Positions 20,380 to 30,008 of a stretch of 64,000 nt of DNA are shown here, piece by piece. The notes beneath the pieces are model-generated. The model ran no database searches, was not told where the DNA came from, and saw only the letters and a program-made list of their open reading frames with translations. Source of the DNA: Candidatus Niyogibacteria bacterium (GTDB taxonomy: Bacteria; Patescibacteriota; Minisyncoccia; HO2-45-28); NCBI GenBank assembly GCA_016432485.1, contig CP066691.1, forward strand, positions 676,944 through 740,943, given 5' to 3'. Position 1 is the first letter of the stretch. The number at the start of each line of letters is the position of its first letter. The position numbers and the translations under genes were made by a program.

Positions 20380-21231
20380 ATGTTGATTGACTCACACGCC
20401 CATTTGCAATTCAAGGACTTTGACGAAGACCGCGAGGAAGTGATAAAAAGGACTCTTGATGGCGGGATATTATGCATTAATGTCGGGACGGATTTAAAAA
20501 TGTCCGAAAGTGCGATTAAGCTCGCGGAACATTATGACGGTTTTTGGGCGACTGTCGGTTTGCATCCGACTGACTTATCCGAGGATTTTAATTTTGAGGA
20601 TTATGAAAAATTAGCTGTCCATCCGAAAGCTGTCGCAATAGGCGAGTGCGGATTTGATTACTATCGCTTGTCCGTCAAAGTCTTGGCGAAGGCGGACGCG
20701 ACTCCCGAAAGCCGCGTCAAACAGGAAAAAATTTTTCGCGCGCAAGTTGGACTCGCCAAAAAAGTGGGCAAACCACTTATGCTTCACTGCCGGCCATCGC
20801 AAAATTCCGCCCCCTCTTCGCTAAAGCTACGAGGGGCAAGCAAATCCTATTCGGATGACGCGTATCTGGACATGCTTCGGGTTTTAAAAGAAGAAGGAGG
20901 CGATAAAATCGGAGGAAATGTGCATTTTTTCGTCGGTTCCAAAGATATTGCCGAAAAATTCCTGGAAATCGGCTTTTCGTTTTCTTTTTCCGGCGTCATT
21001 ACCATTACTGATATGTATGACGAAGTGGTAAAATTTTTGCCGCTTGACTCAATTTTAATTGAGACCGACGCTCCATATGCCGCGCCCGTTCCGTATCGCG
21101 GTAAACGAAACGAGCCGCTATATGTTCGCGAAGTCGCCAAACGTCTGGCAGAGCTTCGCGAAAAGTCATTTGAGGAAATTGCCGAAATCACCGCCCAAAA
21201 CGCCAAAAGAGTTTTTAACCTGAAGTTTTGA
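20380..21231 (+). CDS. tatD: TatD family nuclease
   Basis: DSHAH, GLHP, IGECGFDY, ETDAPY; follows metG. Confidence 0.93.
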   Translation: MLIDSHAHLQFKDFDEDREEVIKRTLDGGILCINVGTDLKMSESAIKLAEHYDGFWATVGLHPTDLSEDFNFEDYEKLAVHPKAVAIGECGFDYYRLSVKVLAKADATPESRVKQEKIFRAQVGLAKKVGKPLMLHCRPSQNSAPSSLKLRGASKSYSDDAYLDMLRVLKEEGGDKIGGNVHFFVGSKDIAEKFLEIGFSFSFSGVITITDMYDEVVKFLPLDSILIETDAPYAAPVPYRGKRNEPLYVREVAKRLAELREKSFEEIAEITAQNAKRVFNLKF

Positions 21232-21345
21232 AAGTAACACATTTTTAACAATTGTTAAAAATATGTTACCGGAGTAAAACAAAAAGCTCCGACAATTCGT
21301 CGGAGCTGGGTTTGCAAAGTGGTCCAAGTCCGACTTGGACCAAAC

Positions 21346-23058
21346 TTATTGTTTGGAAAGATTCATGCCGCCTCGCGCCAAAACCTCTTGTGCGGCTTTC
21401 CTGTATTCCTCATCAGCTCCCGCCGGATAAAAACCGGAAAATGTCTGTTGAGATCCAAAGAGCGCCAGCGCATTTTTACCTTTTACGCCGTTTGGTGAAG
21501 ATGCCGAGCGCAGACCGCCGAAACATTCCGTTTCAACAAGCGCGCCGGTGCATTTCCTGTTCCAGTACAAGTTTCCGGCAGGTATTACGCTCATCATTCG
21601 CTTCAATGCTTCAAGGTCTCGGCAGAATACGGAGCCCGTAAGCGCGAACTCCGTACGCTTGCACATCTGTTCCACTTCGTCCAGGTTGCCGAACGGCACA
21701 ACCGTGCTTACGGGACCGAAAAATTCGGTGTTCATAACTTTCCATGTCGCATATCTATTATCTATTGATCCATGAAGCATTAAGACCGTTGGCGGAAAGT
21801 CGCTTGCCGAAACCTCATCAATTTTTTTCTGATAAAGTTTAAATACTATACCCAAATGCTCGAGCTCCTCTATCTTTTCAGCTAATGAGTTTTTGGCCTC
21901 AACAGTAATCATTGCTCCCAGGTAAGTGCCCTGCTTGACATCACCATAGCGAATTTGTTCCAGCTGTTCCAGCGTCGTTTGCATAAATTGCGTCTGAATA
22001 TTTCGGTCCACAAACGCGATTCGCGCCGAGGAACACTTCTGCCCCGAACGTCCGATGAATGATTTTACATATTCCTTCGCGGCATGAATTGGGTCGGCAT
22101 CTTCACAAACGACAAAAATGTTTACGCCGCTTGTTTCGGCCGAACCGTAAACAAGTTCCGCTTTGCCGTGATATCCATAGCGAAGAAAGTCCCTGTAGTT
22201 TCGTCTGATTGCCCTGAAGACCTCGCTTGAGCCGGTAAAAGAAAGACCGGAAACATGGGGACTCGAAAGAAACGCGTCAACCACCTCTTTGCCTCCGGGA
22301 GCGTAGTTAATCACTCCGTCCCAACCAATACCCGTTCGCTCAAATGCTACTCTGATGCTTTCCCAGACAAGATATCCGCAAAGAGATGCTTTTGGCGACG
22401 GCTTCATAATAACTGCGTTGCCCATAGCGAGCGCTTTGGTCGCCATATCTATTGGAATAGCGCCGGGGAAATTGAACGGTTCAACATCAAGAAACACGCC
22501 GTGCGGGAAAAAACACTTTCCGTTTAGGTCGCTAGCAAACTTCGGACTTGGAATCAGCAAGTCGCGGTTAAGTTCTTCAAGATACATCGCGTTTACAAGA
22601 GGAAAATCAACTTCTTCGTCTGTTTCACCTATGGCTTCGGCAACGGATTGCCCCGTCTCGTACATTTTCGCGGCACACAAAAGCCAGAAACGCTCTTTGA
22701 CCACTCGCGAAATCATTTCAAGAAGTTCTACTCGCTTCGGCCAAGGATTTTTTTCAAAAAATCTGCGCCCGGCATCGCGAATAGCTTCAGTATGTGGATT
22801 AATACTCCAAGGAAAATATTGTTCAAATTTCCCTATTATATGTGGATTTGCTGCCGGCGAGTTTGGATCAACGGTTGTAAAAAAGCTTGCCGGCACGTAT
22901 TTAGTGCCGCTGAGAATCCACGGAAAATAGCTTCCAAGATAATCTTGCTCGAATTGTTTAATCCCGTCAGCAAGTTTTTTCGCCGTTTCAGGGTCAGACG
23001 GATTCGGATAAACCTTGCCTGAAAGCTGTCTCTGAATGCGCTCACGAACAGAACTCAT
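21346..23058 (-). CDS. Aldehyde dehydrogenase, P5C dehydrogenase (RocA/PutA-like) subfamily
   Basis: PFNFP, KPS, FTGS, GQKCS catalytic Cys, EFFGP, GNLYWNR.CTGA. Confidence 0.85.
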   Translation of the reverse strand: MSSVRERIQRQLSGKVYPNPSDPETAKKLADGIKQFEQDYLGSYFPWILSGTKYVPASFFTTVDPNSPAANPHIIGKFEQYFPWSINPHTEAIRDAGRRFFEKNPWPKRVELLEMISRVVKERFWLLCAAKMYETGQSVAEAIGETDEEVDFPLVNAMYLEELNRDLLIPSPKFASDLNGKCFFPHGVFLDVEPFNFPGAIPIDMATKALAMGNAVIMKPSPKASLCGYLVWESIRVAFERTGIGWDGVINYAPGGKEVVDAFLSSPHVSGLSFTGSSEVFRAIRRNYRDFLRYGYHGKAELVYGSAETSGVNIFVVCEDADPIHAAKEYVKSFIGRSGQKCSSARIAFVDRNIQTQFMQTTLEQLEQIRYGDVKQGTYLGAMITVEAKNSLAEKIEELEHLGIVFKLYQKKIDEVSASDFPPTVLMLHGSIDNRYATWKVMNTEFFGPVSTVVPFGNLDEVEQMCKRTEFALTGSVFCRDLEALKRMMSVIPAGNLYWNRKCTGALVETECFGGLRSASSPNGVKGKNALALFGSQQTFSGFYPAGADEEYRKAAQEVLARGGMNLSKQ

Positions 23059-23182
23059 CTTATTCCTCCTTTTTAGCTCCGACCTTGTCTTGCTAGCGTC
23101 GGAGTTGTCAAAAACCGTCTTTATCTTAACGCCGTTTTTTTTATTGTCAATCGGCGGCGGAGTAGTTAAAATAACTAAATAA

Positions 23183-26164
23183 ATGCCTGATTACGATTTC
23201 AATAAAATAGAAAAGAAGTGGTCGGAAAAGTGGCTTAAGGATAAAACTTACGAGCCCCTCGACTTCGCTCGGGGTAAACCGGATTTAGACAAGGCCAAAA
23301 AGCCCTTCTACAACCTGATGATGTTTCCGTATCCTTCGGCCGAGGGGCTTCATGTGGGCAATATGTACGCGTTTACCGGCGCGGATATTTATGGCCGGAA
23401 AAAAAGAATGGAGGGCAAGGATGTTTTTGAGCCAATCGGCCTTGACGGTTTCGGGATTCATTCGGAAAATTACGCCTTAAAAATCGGCAAACACCCCAAA
23501 AAACTGGCGCAAGAGACAGAAAAAAGATTTTACGAGCAGTTGAAAATGATTGGCAACGGATTTTCTTGGGATGAACGGCTTGAGACATACGACCCCGAAT
23601 ATTACAAATGGACCCAGTGGATTTTTGTTCAGATGTTTAAGCGGGGGCTCGCCTATCGCAAAAAAGCCAGCGTTAATTGGTGCGCGCAATGTTTAACGGT
23701 TTTAGCCGATGAACAGGTGCTTGCGGGCGAGTGCGAAAGGTGCGGGACAAAAGTAATTAAAAAAGAACTTGAGCAATGGTTTTTTAAAATTACGGATTAC
23801 GCCGAGCGGCTTTTGAATGATATTGAAAAAATAGATTGGTCCAAACGAATTAAGATTGCCCAGAAAAATTGGATTGGGAAGTCAGAAGGAGCGTTAATAA
23901 AATTTCCGCTAAAAGCTAAGAGCTTACAGCTAAAAGTTGAAACAGAGGTTTTTACGACGAGGCCGGATACTTTATTTGGAGCAACATACCTTGTGTTAAG
24001 CCCGGAACATCCGTGGCTTACACAAGAAATCCTAAATTCTAAATCCGAAATCCTAAACAAATCCGAAATCCGAAATTATATAGAAAAATCCAAGGCAAAA
24101 ACCGAAGAAGAAAGAATTGCCGAAAGGGGCGACTCGCCTTCGCATAAAGCTTCGGCGGAGCAAGGAAAAACGGGAGTAGAATTGAAAGGAATTAAGGCAA
24201 TAAATCCGGCAACGAAAGAAGAAATACCAATATGGATTGCAGACTATGTTTTGGCGGGCTATGGCACTGGCGCGATTATGGCAGTTCCGGCGCATGACCA
24301 GCGCGATTTTGAGTTTGCACAGAAATTCGGGCTAGAAGTTAGGGAAGTTATTCGGCCGGTCTACGGGGAGCCACACGAAGGCGCGGAGTTTAGAAGGACT
24401 GTTACGGCTATAGTCCAAAGAAAAAGCGATGGTAAGTTTTTAGTCGTGAAGTGGAATAAATTTAATTGGGTGTCTTTGCCTATAGGCGGAATTGACGAAG
24501 GGGAGACGGCAGAAGAAACAGCGGTTCGCGAAGTATTTGAAGAAACTGGGCACAGAGTAAGACCGGTAAAAAAATTAGGCGGTGAGGTTACAATGCATTT
24601 TTTTGCTGAGAACAAAAATGTATGGAGACATAGATTGGATCAGCCTGTACTGCTTGAGTTGGTTGACGAAAACCAGACGGAGCGAAGTATTGAAGAAAAG
24701 GAGAAGTTGGAGCCAGTATGGATGAGCGGAGAAGAACTTATAAGATCAATAACCCATGAATACAATGTTATTGGCGTAAAGCGTTTTCTGGGTTTTGAGC
24801 TGGCGTATCAAGGACGGGGGGAATTGGTTAATTCCGGCGTTTTTGATGGAATGGATTCAGAGAAAGCAAAGCGGGAGATTACTAAATTTGTTGGCGGGGA
24901 AATAAAAAGTCAATATCATCTTCGCGATTGGCTTATATCCCGCCAGCGTTACTGGGGGCCTCCAATCCCGATGATTTTTTGCCCCGCCTGCGCCAACTCG
25001 GCCTTCGTAGCTACTTCGGCGAAGGAGGCGGCTTCGGCGGGCAAGAAAAATGCCGGTTGGCAACCCGTGCCGGAAAAAGACCTGCCTGTTTTACTGCCGG
25101 ACATAAAGAATTTTCGTCCGACAGGAACGGATAAATCTCCGCTGGCGACAGTTGAAGAATTCGTAAAAGCGAAATGCCCGAAATGCGGCGGGGAAGCACG
25201 AAGGGAAACGGATGTTTCAGACACTTTTTTGGATTCGGCCTGGTATTTTTTCAGATATATTGACCACGAAAATAAGCAAGAAGCTTTTAGCCGGAAGCTC
25301 GCGAAGCGCTGGCTTCCCGTGGATATGTATATCGGAGGCGCCGAGCACGCCGTTTTGCATCTTTTATACACAAGATTTTTAACCAAAGTTTTTTATGATT
25401 GGGGTTTGATTGATTTTGACGAGCCATTCAAAAAGTTCCGCGCGCATGGACTTTTAATAAAAGACGGCGCGAAAATGTCCAAGTCAAAAGGCAATGTGGT
25501 GAATCCCGACGATTATATAAATAAATTCGGCGCGGATACTCTTAGAATGTATTTGATGTTTTTGGGGCCGTTTGACGAGGGCGGAGATTTTAGAGATGAA
25601 AGCATCGCGGGCGCTGTCAGGTTTTTGAATAGGGTCTGGAAGTTGAAAGAAAAAATCACCCCGTCATCCGACGGGGTGCCCGGTCGAATGACCGGGCAAA
25701 ATCCCAAATTAGAAATCATACTGAATCAATCAATTAAAAAAATCGGAGATGATATTGAGAAACTTCATTACAATACCGCGATTTCCCAATTGATGATTTT
25801 ATTAAGCTCGTTTGAAAACGGATGCGACGAAAAAAGTTTTAAAATATTTTTGAAACTTCTCGCGCCCTTCGCTCCGTTTCTTGTAGAAGAGCTCTGGCAT
25901 AAATTGGGGGAGTCAGAAAGTATTCATACATCAAAATGGCCCGAATACGACGAATCAAAAATTAAAGAGGAGATGAAAACGATAATTGTGCAGATCAACG
26001 GAAAAGTCCGCGAAAAATTTGAAATATCATCTAAGGACTCGGATGAAGAAATTAAAATACAAACGTTGAATCTCCCGAAGATAAAAGAATTCCTTGGCGG
26101 AAAAAATCCTCAAAAGATAATCGTGGCCAGAAATCGGTTGGTAAATATAGTGCTTGCAAAATAG
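23183..26164 (+). CDS. leuS: Leucyl-tRNA synthetase with inserted NUDIX domain
   Basis: MFPYPS..LHVGN, FTTRPDT, AVPAHDQRD, KMSKS; GGIDEGE..AVREVFEETG Nudix box. Confidence 0.96.
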   Translation: MPDYDFNKIEKKWSEKWLKDKTYEPLDFARGKPDLDKAKKPFYNLMMFPYPSAEGLHVGNMYAFTGADIYGRKKRMEGKDVFEPIGLDGFGIHSENYALKIGKHPKKLAQETEKRFYEQLKMIGNGFSWDERLETYDPEYYKWTQWIFVQMFKRGLAYRKKASVNWCAQCLTVLADEQVLAGECERCGTKVIKKELEQWFFKITDYAERLLNDIEKIDWSKRIKIAQKNWIGKSEGALIKFPLKAKSLQLKVETEVFTTRPDTLFGATYLVLSPEHPWLTQEILNSKSEILNKSEIRNYIEKSKAKTEEERIAERGDSPSHKASAEQGKTGVELKGIKAINPATKEEIPIWIADYVLAGYGTGAIMAVPAHDQRDFEFAQKFGLEVREVIRPVYGEPHEGAEFRRTVTAIVQRKSDGKFLVVKWNKFNWVSLPIGGIDEGETAEETAVREVFEETGHRVRPVKKLGGEVTMHFFAENKNVWRHRLDQPVLLELVDENQTERSIEEKEKLEPVWMSGEELIRSITHEYNVIGVKRFLGFELAYQGRGELVNSGVFDGMDSEKAKREITKFVGGEIKSQYHLRDWLISRQRYWGPPIPMIFCPACANSAFVATSAKEAASAGKKNAGWQPVPEKDLPVLLPDIKNFRPTGTDKSPLATVEEFVKAKCPKCGGEARRETDVSDTFLDSAWYFFRYIDHENKQEAFSRKLAKRWLPVDMYIGGAEHAVLHLLYTRFLTKVFYDWGLIDFDEPFKKFRAHGLLIKDGAKMSKSKGNVVNPDDYINKFGADTLRMYLMFLGPFDEGGDFRDESIAGAVRFLNRVWKLKEKITPSSDGVPGRMTGQNPKLEIILNQSIKKIGDDIEKLHYNTAISQLMILLSSFENGCDEKSFKIFLKLLAPFAPFLVEELWHKLGESESIHTSKWPEYDESKIKEEMKTIIVQINGKVREKFEISSKDSDEEIKIQTLNLPKIKEFLGGKNPQKIIVARNRLVNIVLAK

Positions 26165-26247
26165 ATATAGTTGTGTTATAATTTGAGCAGTTAAAAGGCG
26201 TTGTCGTTCCCTGACAAATAAACCCTTTTAAGAGGAAGGAGAGCCCT

Positions 26248-26475
26248 ATGTTTCGCCGGTTGAGAAATTGCGTCGGCATCCTTTTGGTTTTGGTTTTTCT
26301 TTTCGGATGCGGCGCGCAAAAGCCCTCCGACCCCATCGACTGGGGAACGCGAAAAGAAGAATCGTTTGGTGACGGCGGGTGGAGAGCGGCTCCGCCAGGA
26401 TTCATTCAAAGCTGTATCAGTCCTTCCAGCGAAGTAGCTGACGAGGACTGCGTCAGAGGAGGGTTTAAGAAATGA
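26248..26475 (+). CDS. Small predicted lipoprotein
   Basis: AAGGAG SD; lipobox LFGC; stop overlaps the next start (ATGA). Confidence 0.6.
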   Translation: MFRRLRNCVGILLVLVFLFGCGAQKPSDPIDWGTRKEESFGDGGWRAAPPGFIQSCISPSSEVADEDCVRGGFKK

Positions 26476-27023
26476 AGTTTGAAGAAGTTGTTGCCGGCTG
26501 GCTGCAGTCAGGGCAAATTGCCCATAAAAGAGATGTAAGTATCGGTTTTGAATCCGGAGAAGGGAATTTTCTGGGCCCTAAGGTTATTTATCGTCCGGAT
26601 TTGGGCCGCGAGCTTAACGCCGTTTTGGCTTTTGTTTTGGATCACGTGGTCTGGACGGAAGATTCTGTGACTCGCGATCAAGCCGAACATTGGGGACTGC
26701 CTGTTTTTCAAAACGGCGCTTGGCGCGGCGACTGCGACGATTTTATGGCGGCGTTTCGTCTAATTCTGAAAAAACTTGGATGGGATGAGAAAATTTTGCG
26801 GCGAGCGGTGTGCTTCGCGCCCATCGGCGGCAAATTAAGACCCGACAGCGAATATGAATTCAATCACGCCGTTTTATGTGTCAATTTTGACAAGGGACTT
26901 GTGTTTTTGGACAATCGTTTTTCTGAAGCCAAACCCCTTTCCGTTTTATTCAGAGAAGGATATCAAAACTTTTCCGTTCTGTCAGCGAAAGACGGGCAAT
27001 GGCATGGCATCAAATCCCTTTAA
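26472..27023 (+). CDS. Transglutaminase-like cysteine peptidase (BTLCP/LapG-like)
   Basis: GDCDDF, HAVL and LDN triad motifs. Confidence 0.75.
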   Translation: MKFEEVVAGWLQSGQIAHKRDVSIGFESGEGNFLGPKVIYRPDLGRELNAVLAFVLDHVVWTEDSVTRDQAEHWGLPVFQNGAWRGDCDDFMAAFRLILKKLGWDEKILRRAVCFAPIGGKLRPDSEYEFNHAVLCVNFDKGLVFLDNRFSEAKPLSVLFREGYQNFSVLSAKDGQWHGIKSL

Positions 27024-27141
27024 AAAAATTAAGCGCATTTCCGCCCGCCGGCATCTTACCGGCGGGCTTTTGACTTTCAAATACAGCGGTGATAATTTGA
27101 CGAAAGAAGCGAATGATTTTTGCAAATGGAGAAAGCGAATA

Positions 27142-27735
27142 ATGAAACCCGCAGATTACTTAAGTTTGGTAAGACTTATTTTCGGCCCGATTACGGCATT
27201 TTTTCTGTATCTGATTTTAAAATTCCCCGGAGCTTATCCCGACCTTGAAACATTCTGGTCTTTTAAGGCCTTTGCGATTTTTTATCTGGTTTTTTTATTT
27301 ACGGATTGGCTTGATGGCCGGCTGGCTAAAAAATACGGCGGAACACGTTTCGGCGCTTATCTCGATCCTTTGGCCGACAAAGCGCTTAACTGGTCTTATT
27401 CAGCCGCTCTGGTTTTTACAATCGGTTGGACCGCGTTTTTTACACTTTTTATACTTTTTTTAGGCGATGCGGCCTCAACTTTTGAAAGGACTTGGGTGTA
27501 TAAAAAGCCGGACAAAAATGTAAAAGCCAATTATGCGGGTAAACTTAAAATGGGATTTCATTCGGCTGCTATATTATTTCTCCTCCTGACCTTTGTTTTG
27601 TATCCGGAAACGGTATTCTCCGATAAACTTTTTTGGGAGGTTTGGCCATCGGGCATCGGATTCCTTCTTTTATGGCCGGCGCTTGGTTGCGCCGCTTATT
27701 CGCTTCTGGTTAAATTGGAACAATGGAGAGATTAA
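27142..27735 (+). CDS. CDP-alcohol phosphatidyltransferase (PgsA-like)
   Basis: DWLDGRLA...G..LDP.AD signature; start reassigned to ATG 27142. Confidence 0.88.
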   Translation: MKPADYLSLVRLIFGPITAFFLYLILKFPGAYPDLETFWSFKAFAIFYLVFLFTDWLDGRLAKKYGGTRFGAYLDPLADKALNWSYSAALVFTIGWTAFFTLFILFLGDAASTFERTWVYKKPDKNVKANYAGKLKMGFHSAAILFLLLTFVLYPETVFSDKLFWEVWPSGIGFLLLWPALGCAAYSLLVKLEQWRD

Positions 27736-27785
27736 AAATTTTAATGGCAAGAGCTTAGCTCTTGCCATTATTGTTGGTTTTAAAA

Positions 27786-28299
27786 TAAAAAAAGCCCGCC
27801 CTCCTGTTCCCAGGAAGACGGGCTTACAATGCCGCCAGCCCTGCTGCGGCCCTTTTTTTGCGGAACGTCTTCCGCGGGTATCGCGCAGCAGCCAAGACTC
27901 AGCTTGGCGGGCCTTACGGCGGCAGGGGATCCGTGAGGTTCCGCGCTTTCGGGCGGCCCTCAGGGGTCCCCCTCGGAACGCCTGTCGGGGAGTCAATTCC
28001 CCGTATTACCAGACGCTCCGGAAAAAAGAACTTGGGGGAAGTTGAACCCCTCTGTCAGGTTCAATTCTCCCCCGGAGGCGCTCCGAAGCCTTCTCCAGAT
28101 GACGTTATGCCTCCTTATCTCCAATTCCGCCACCGCAAAACATCGAGGCCGCGGTGGGGAGCTGCCTATGGGCTAGCAGCCATCGCAGCAGGGCTTCACC
28201 AAGCAGACAAGAGTGCTTGGCTCCTTCGGATTGGCCGATCCAAAGGGAACTCCCTGTAGGCCCCTTCAAACTGGACGAACTGCTCCTCTTTTCAAACTG
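27786..28299 (-). ncRNA. Candidate large structured non-coding RNA of unknown class (~510 nt)
   Basis: Own TTGACA/TATAAT promoter and GGAA-capped terminator; about ten helices whose G-U pairs work only on the minus strand; no credible ORF. Confidence 0.65.
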
Positions 28300-28304
28300 C
28301 AGCC

Positions 28305-28332
28305 ATTATAGCAAACCCACAGAATCTGTCAA
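28305..28332 (-). promoter_or_regulatory. Consensus sigma70 promoter of the candidate ncRNA
   Basis: TTGACA (28332-28327), 16-nt spacer, TGn-TATAAT (28310-28305). Confidence 0.75.
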
Positions 28333-28529
28333 GTCCCCCATCAGGGTATGATTTTCCGGACATGAATAACGACTTATGAAAAATCCGTCTTTTTTGTTCC
28401 CGCCAAAATTTAGTTTTGACAGTTTTTAGAAAATAAAAAAGCGCCCCACGGAGGTGGGGCGGCCGGGCAAAGCCGAGAGCTTCAAGCTCATGGCTTTTTC
28501 CCGGACTTTTTCAGGGTGTGGAGCCTCCC

Positions 28530-28928
28530 TTAGGCGCCACTGGAGTTGAAGAGGCGAAGAGCCTCCCCGATCTTCTCGGCGCGGAGATTGTCGCCCTCGC
28601 TTTCCAGGACAAGAGCTCTCTTGCGCCTCCCTGCCGAGTCCCGAATTTCGGCGATCCTGTTCTCGAGCACGGCGATTTGAGCGTCCGCCCGCTTCGTGTC
28701 TGCCTCGATGAGCTCCTCACGCCCCTTGTTGTTGGCAAGGATCTGCATCAGTTCCCCAGCCGCGTCATCCCGGACGGTGACCCTCGTCCAGAAAGACACC
28801 GCCATCACCAAGATGACCTTGATGATGTCGGGCGTGATCGGAACCCCCTCGTTTCGCACTTTGCTGATGAGACCCTCGAACACCCTCAGCGTGAACTTTC
28901 CGAACAGAAGCTTCTTGAGGACTCCCAT
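28530..28928 (-). CDS. Hypothetical protein with coiled-coil C-terminal half, GC-rich codons
   Basis: GAGGAGAAGG SD, promoter at ~29008-29032, terminator at 28435-28460. Confidence 0.65.
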   Translation of the reverse strand: MGVLKKLLFGKFTLRVFEGLISKVRNEGVPITPDIIKVILVMAVSFWTRVTVRDDAAGELMQILANNKGREELIEADTKRADAQIAVLENRIAEIRDSAGRRKRALVLESEGDNLRAEKIGEALRLFNSSGA

Positions 28929-29185
28929 GATACCTTCTCCTCTCTTCTTTGTTGCTTTAATATGCGTAACCCTATGTCACGCATTACTAGATCTTCCAAA
29001 GAAAGTCTATCATATAGCAATCTATTTGTCAAGTCCCTGTAATTGTTCAATAGCTTTGCAACATTCTAAGTGACGCAAAAGTATTGATTAGAAAACATCC
29101 CTTACTCATCTTGACAGATGAGTTATCCCCAACTACTGTAGAAAATTAGTTGACAAACTATATGCTTAAAAATAGCCTTAAATAT

Positions 29186-29977
29186 ATGCTGGAAGTAAAA
29201 GATGTATTAAAGGATATAGGATTGGTTGACAAGGAAATGCAGATTTATGAGGCACTGTTGCCCATGGGCTCGGCTTCAGTAAGGGTTTTAGCCGAACGTA
29301 CTGGTATAAACCGGGGGTCGGTTCACGACGCCCTAAACTCCCTTGAACAAAAAGGGCTGGTTGCAAGCGAACGCCGGGGTAGCCGCAGGCGCTTCGTGGT
29401 TCGTTCGCCAGAAGACATTATTGATACGCTTGAAGCCCAGAAGAAAAAAATTGAGCGAAGTGAAGAAAAAGTGCGTCAGGCAATGCCGTCTCTTTTGTCT
29501 TTTTACGCCAAGCAAGGAGGCAGGGCCGGCGTTGAATACTTTGATTCCGATGAAGGCATAAAATTGATATTGCAAGACGTGCTGGCAACGGTTTCCGGTC
29601 TGGATGAAAAAGAATACGCGCTTTATTCTTCAAAATCGGTTCGCTCCTATTTATATAAATTATATCCCGACTTCACGAAGGAGAAGATAAAACGGGGCAT
29701 TAAAACAAAAGTCATTGCTTTGGGAGAAGGAGGGGACCCGGCCAATCTGAAACTGGCTGAGCGCAAATGGATCGCTGAGGATGCTCCGGCATATTTTTTA
29801 ATTTACGGCCCAAAAATCGCTTTAATTTCAGTGGCTGAAGACGATAGCCCGTTCGGAGTTCTGATAAAAGACGAAAAGATAGCGCGCACCCAGAGAATTT
29901 TATTTGATAATTTGTGGTCGAGGATAAATGAATATCCGCCTTCGCATAAAGCTTCGGCGGATGCTCAAAAATTATAG
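29186..29977 (+). CDS. TrmB-like HTH transcriptional regulator
   Basis: L..IGL..KE..IY..LL, INRGSVHD.L..L..KGLV; start codon uncertain. Confidence 0.85.
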   Translation: MLEVKDVLKDIGLVDKEMQIYEALLPMGSASVRVLAERTGINRGSVHDALNSLEQKGLVASERRGSRRRFVVRSPEDIIDTLEAQKKKIERSEEKVRQAMPSLLSFYAKQGGRAGVEYFDSDEGIKLILQDVLATVSGLDEKEYALYSSKSVRSYLYKLYPDFTKEKIKRGIKTKVIALGEGGDPANLKLAERKWIAEDAPAYFLIYGPKIALISVAEDDSPFGVLIKDEKIARTQRILFDNLWSRINEYPPSHKASADAQKL

Positions 29978-30008
29978 TCATTAATAAATTAACTTCTTAA
30001 TTTTTGGC

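Noticed and set aside
4187-23182. T-box leaders before aminoacyl-tRNA synthetases
   Set aside because: Upstream regions are too short and no T-box motif is visible
28270-28292. RNase P RNA assignment from GAGGAGCAGUUCG resembling CR-I
   Set aside because: No matching CR-V or P4 partner and no P1 end pairing seen; needs cmsearch to exclude fully
27670-28351. ORFs 27670-27996, 27858-28259 and 28154-28351 as proteins
   Set aside because: No SD, Arg/Pro/Gly-biased products typical of GC-rich structured RNA
29978-30008. glmS ribozyme
   Set aside because: Only about 30 nt of intergenic space
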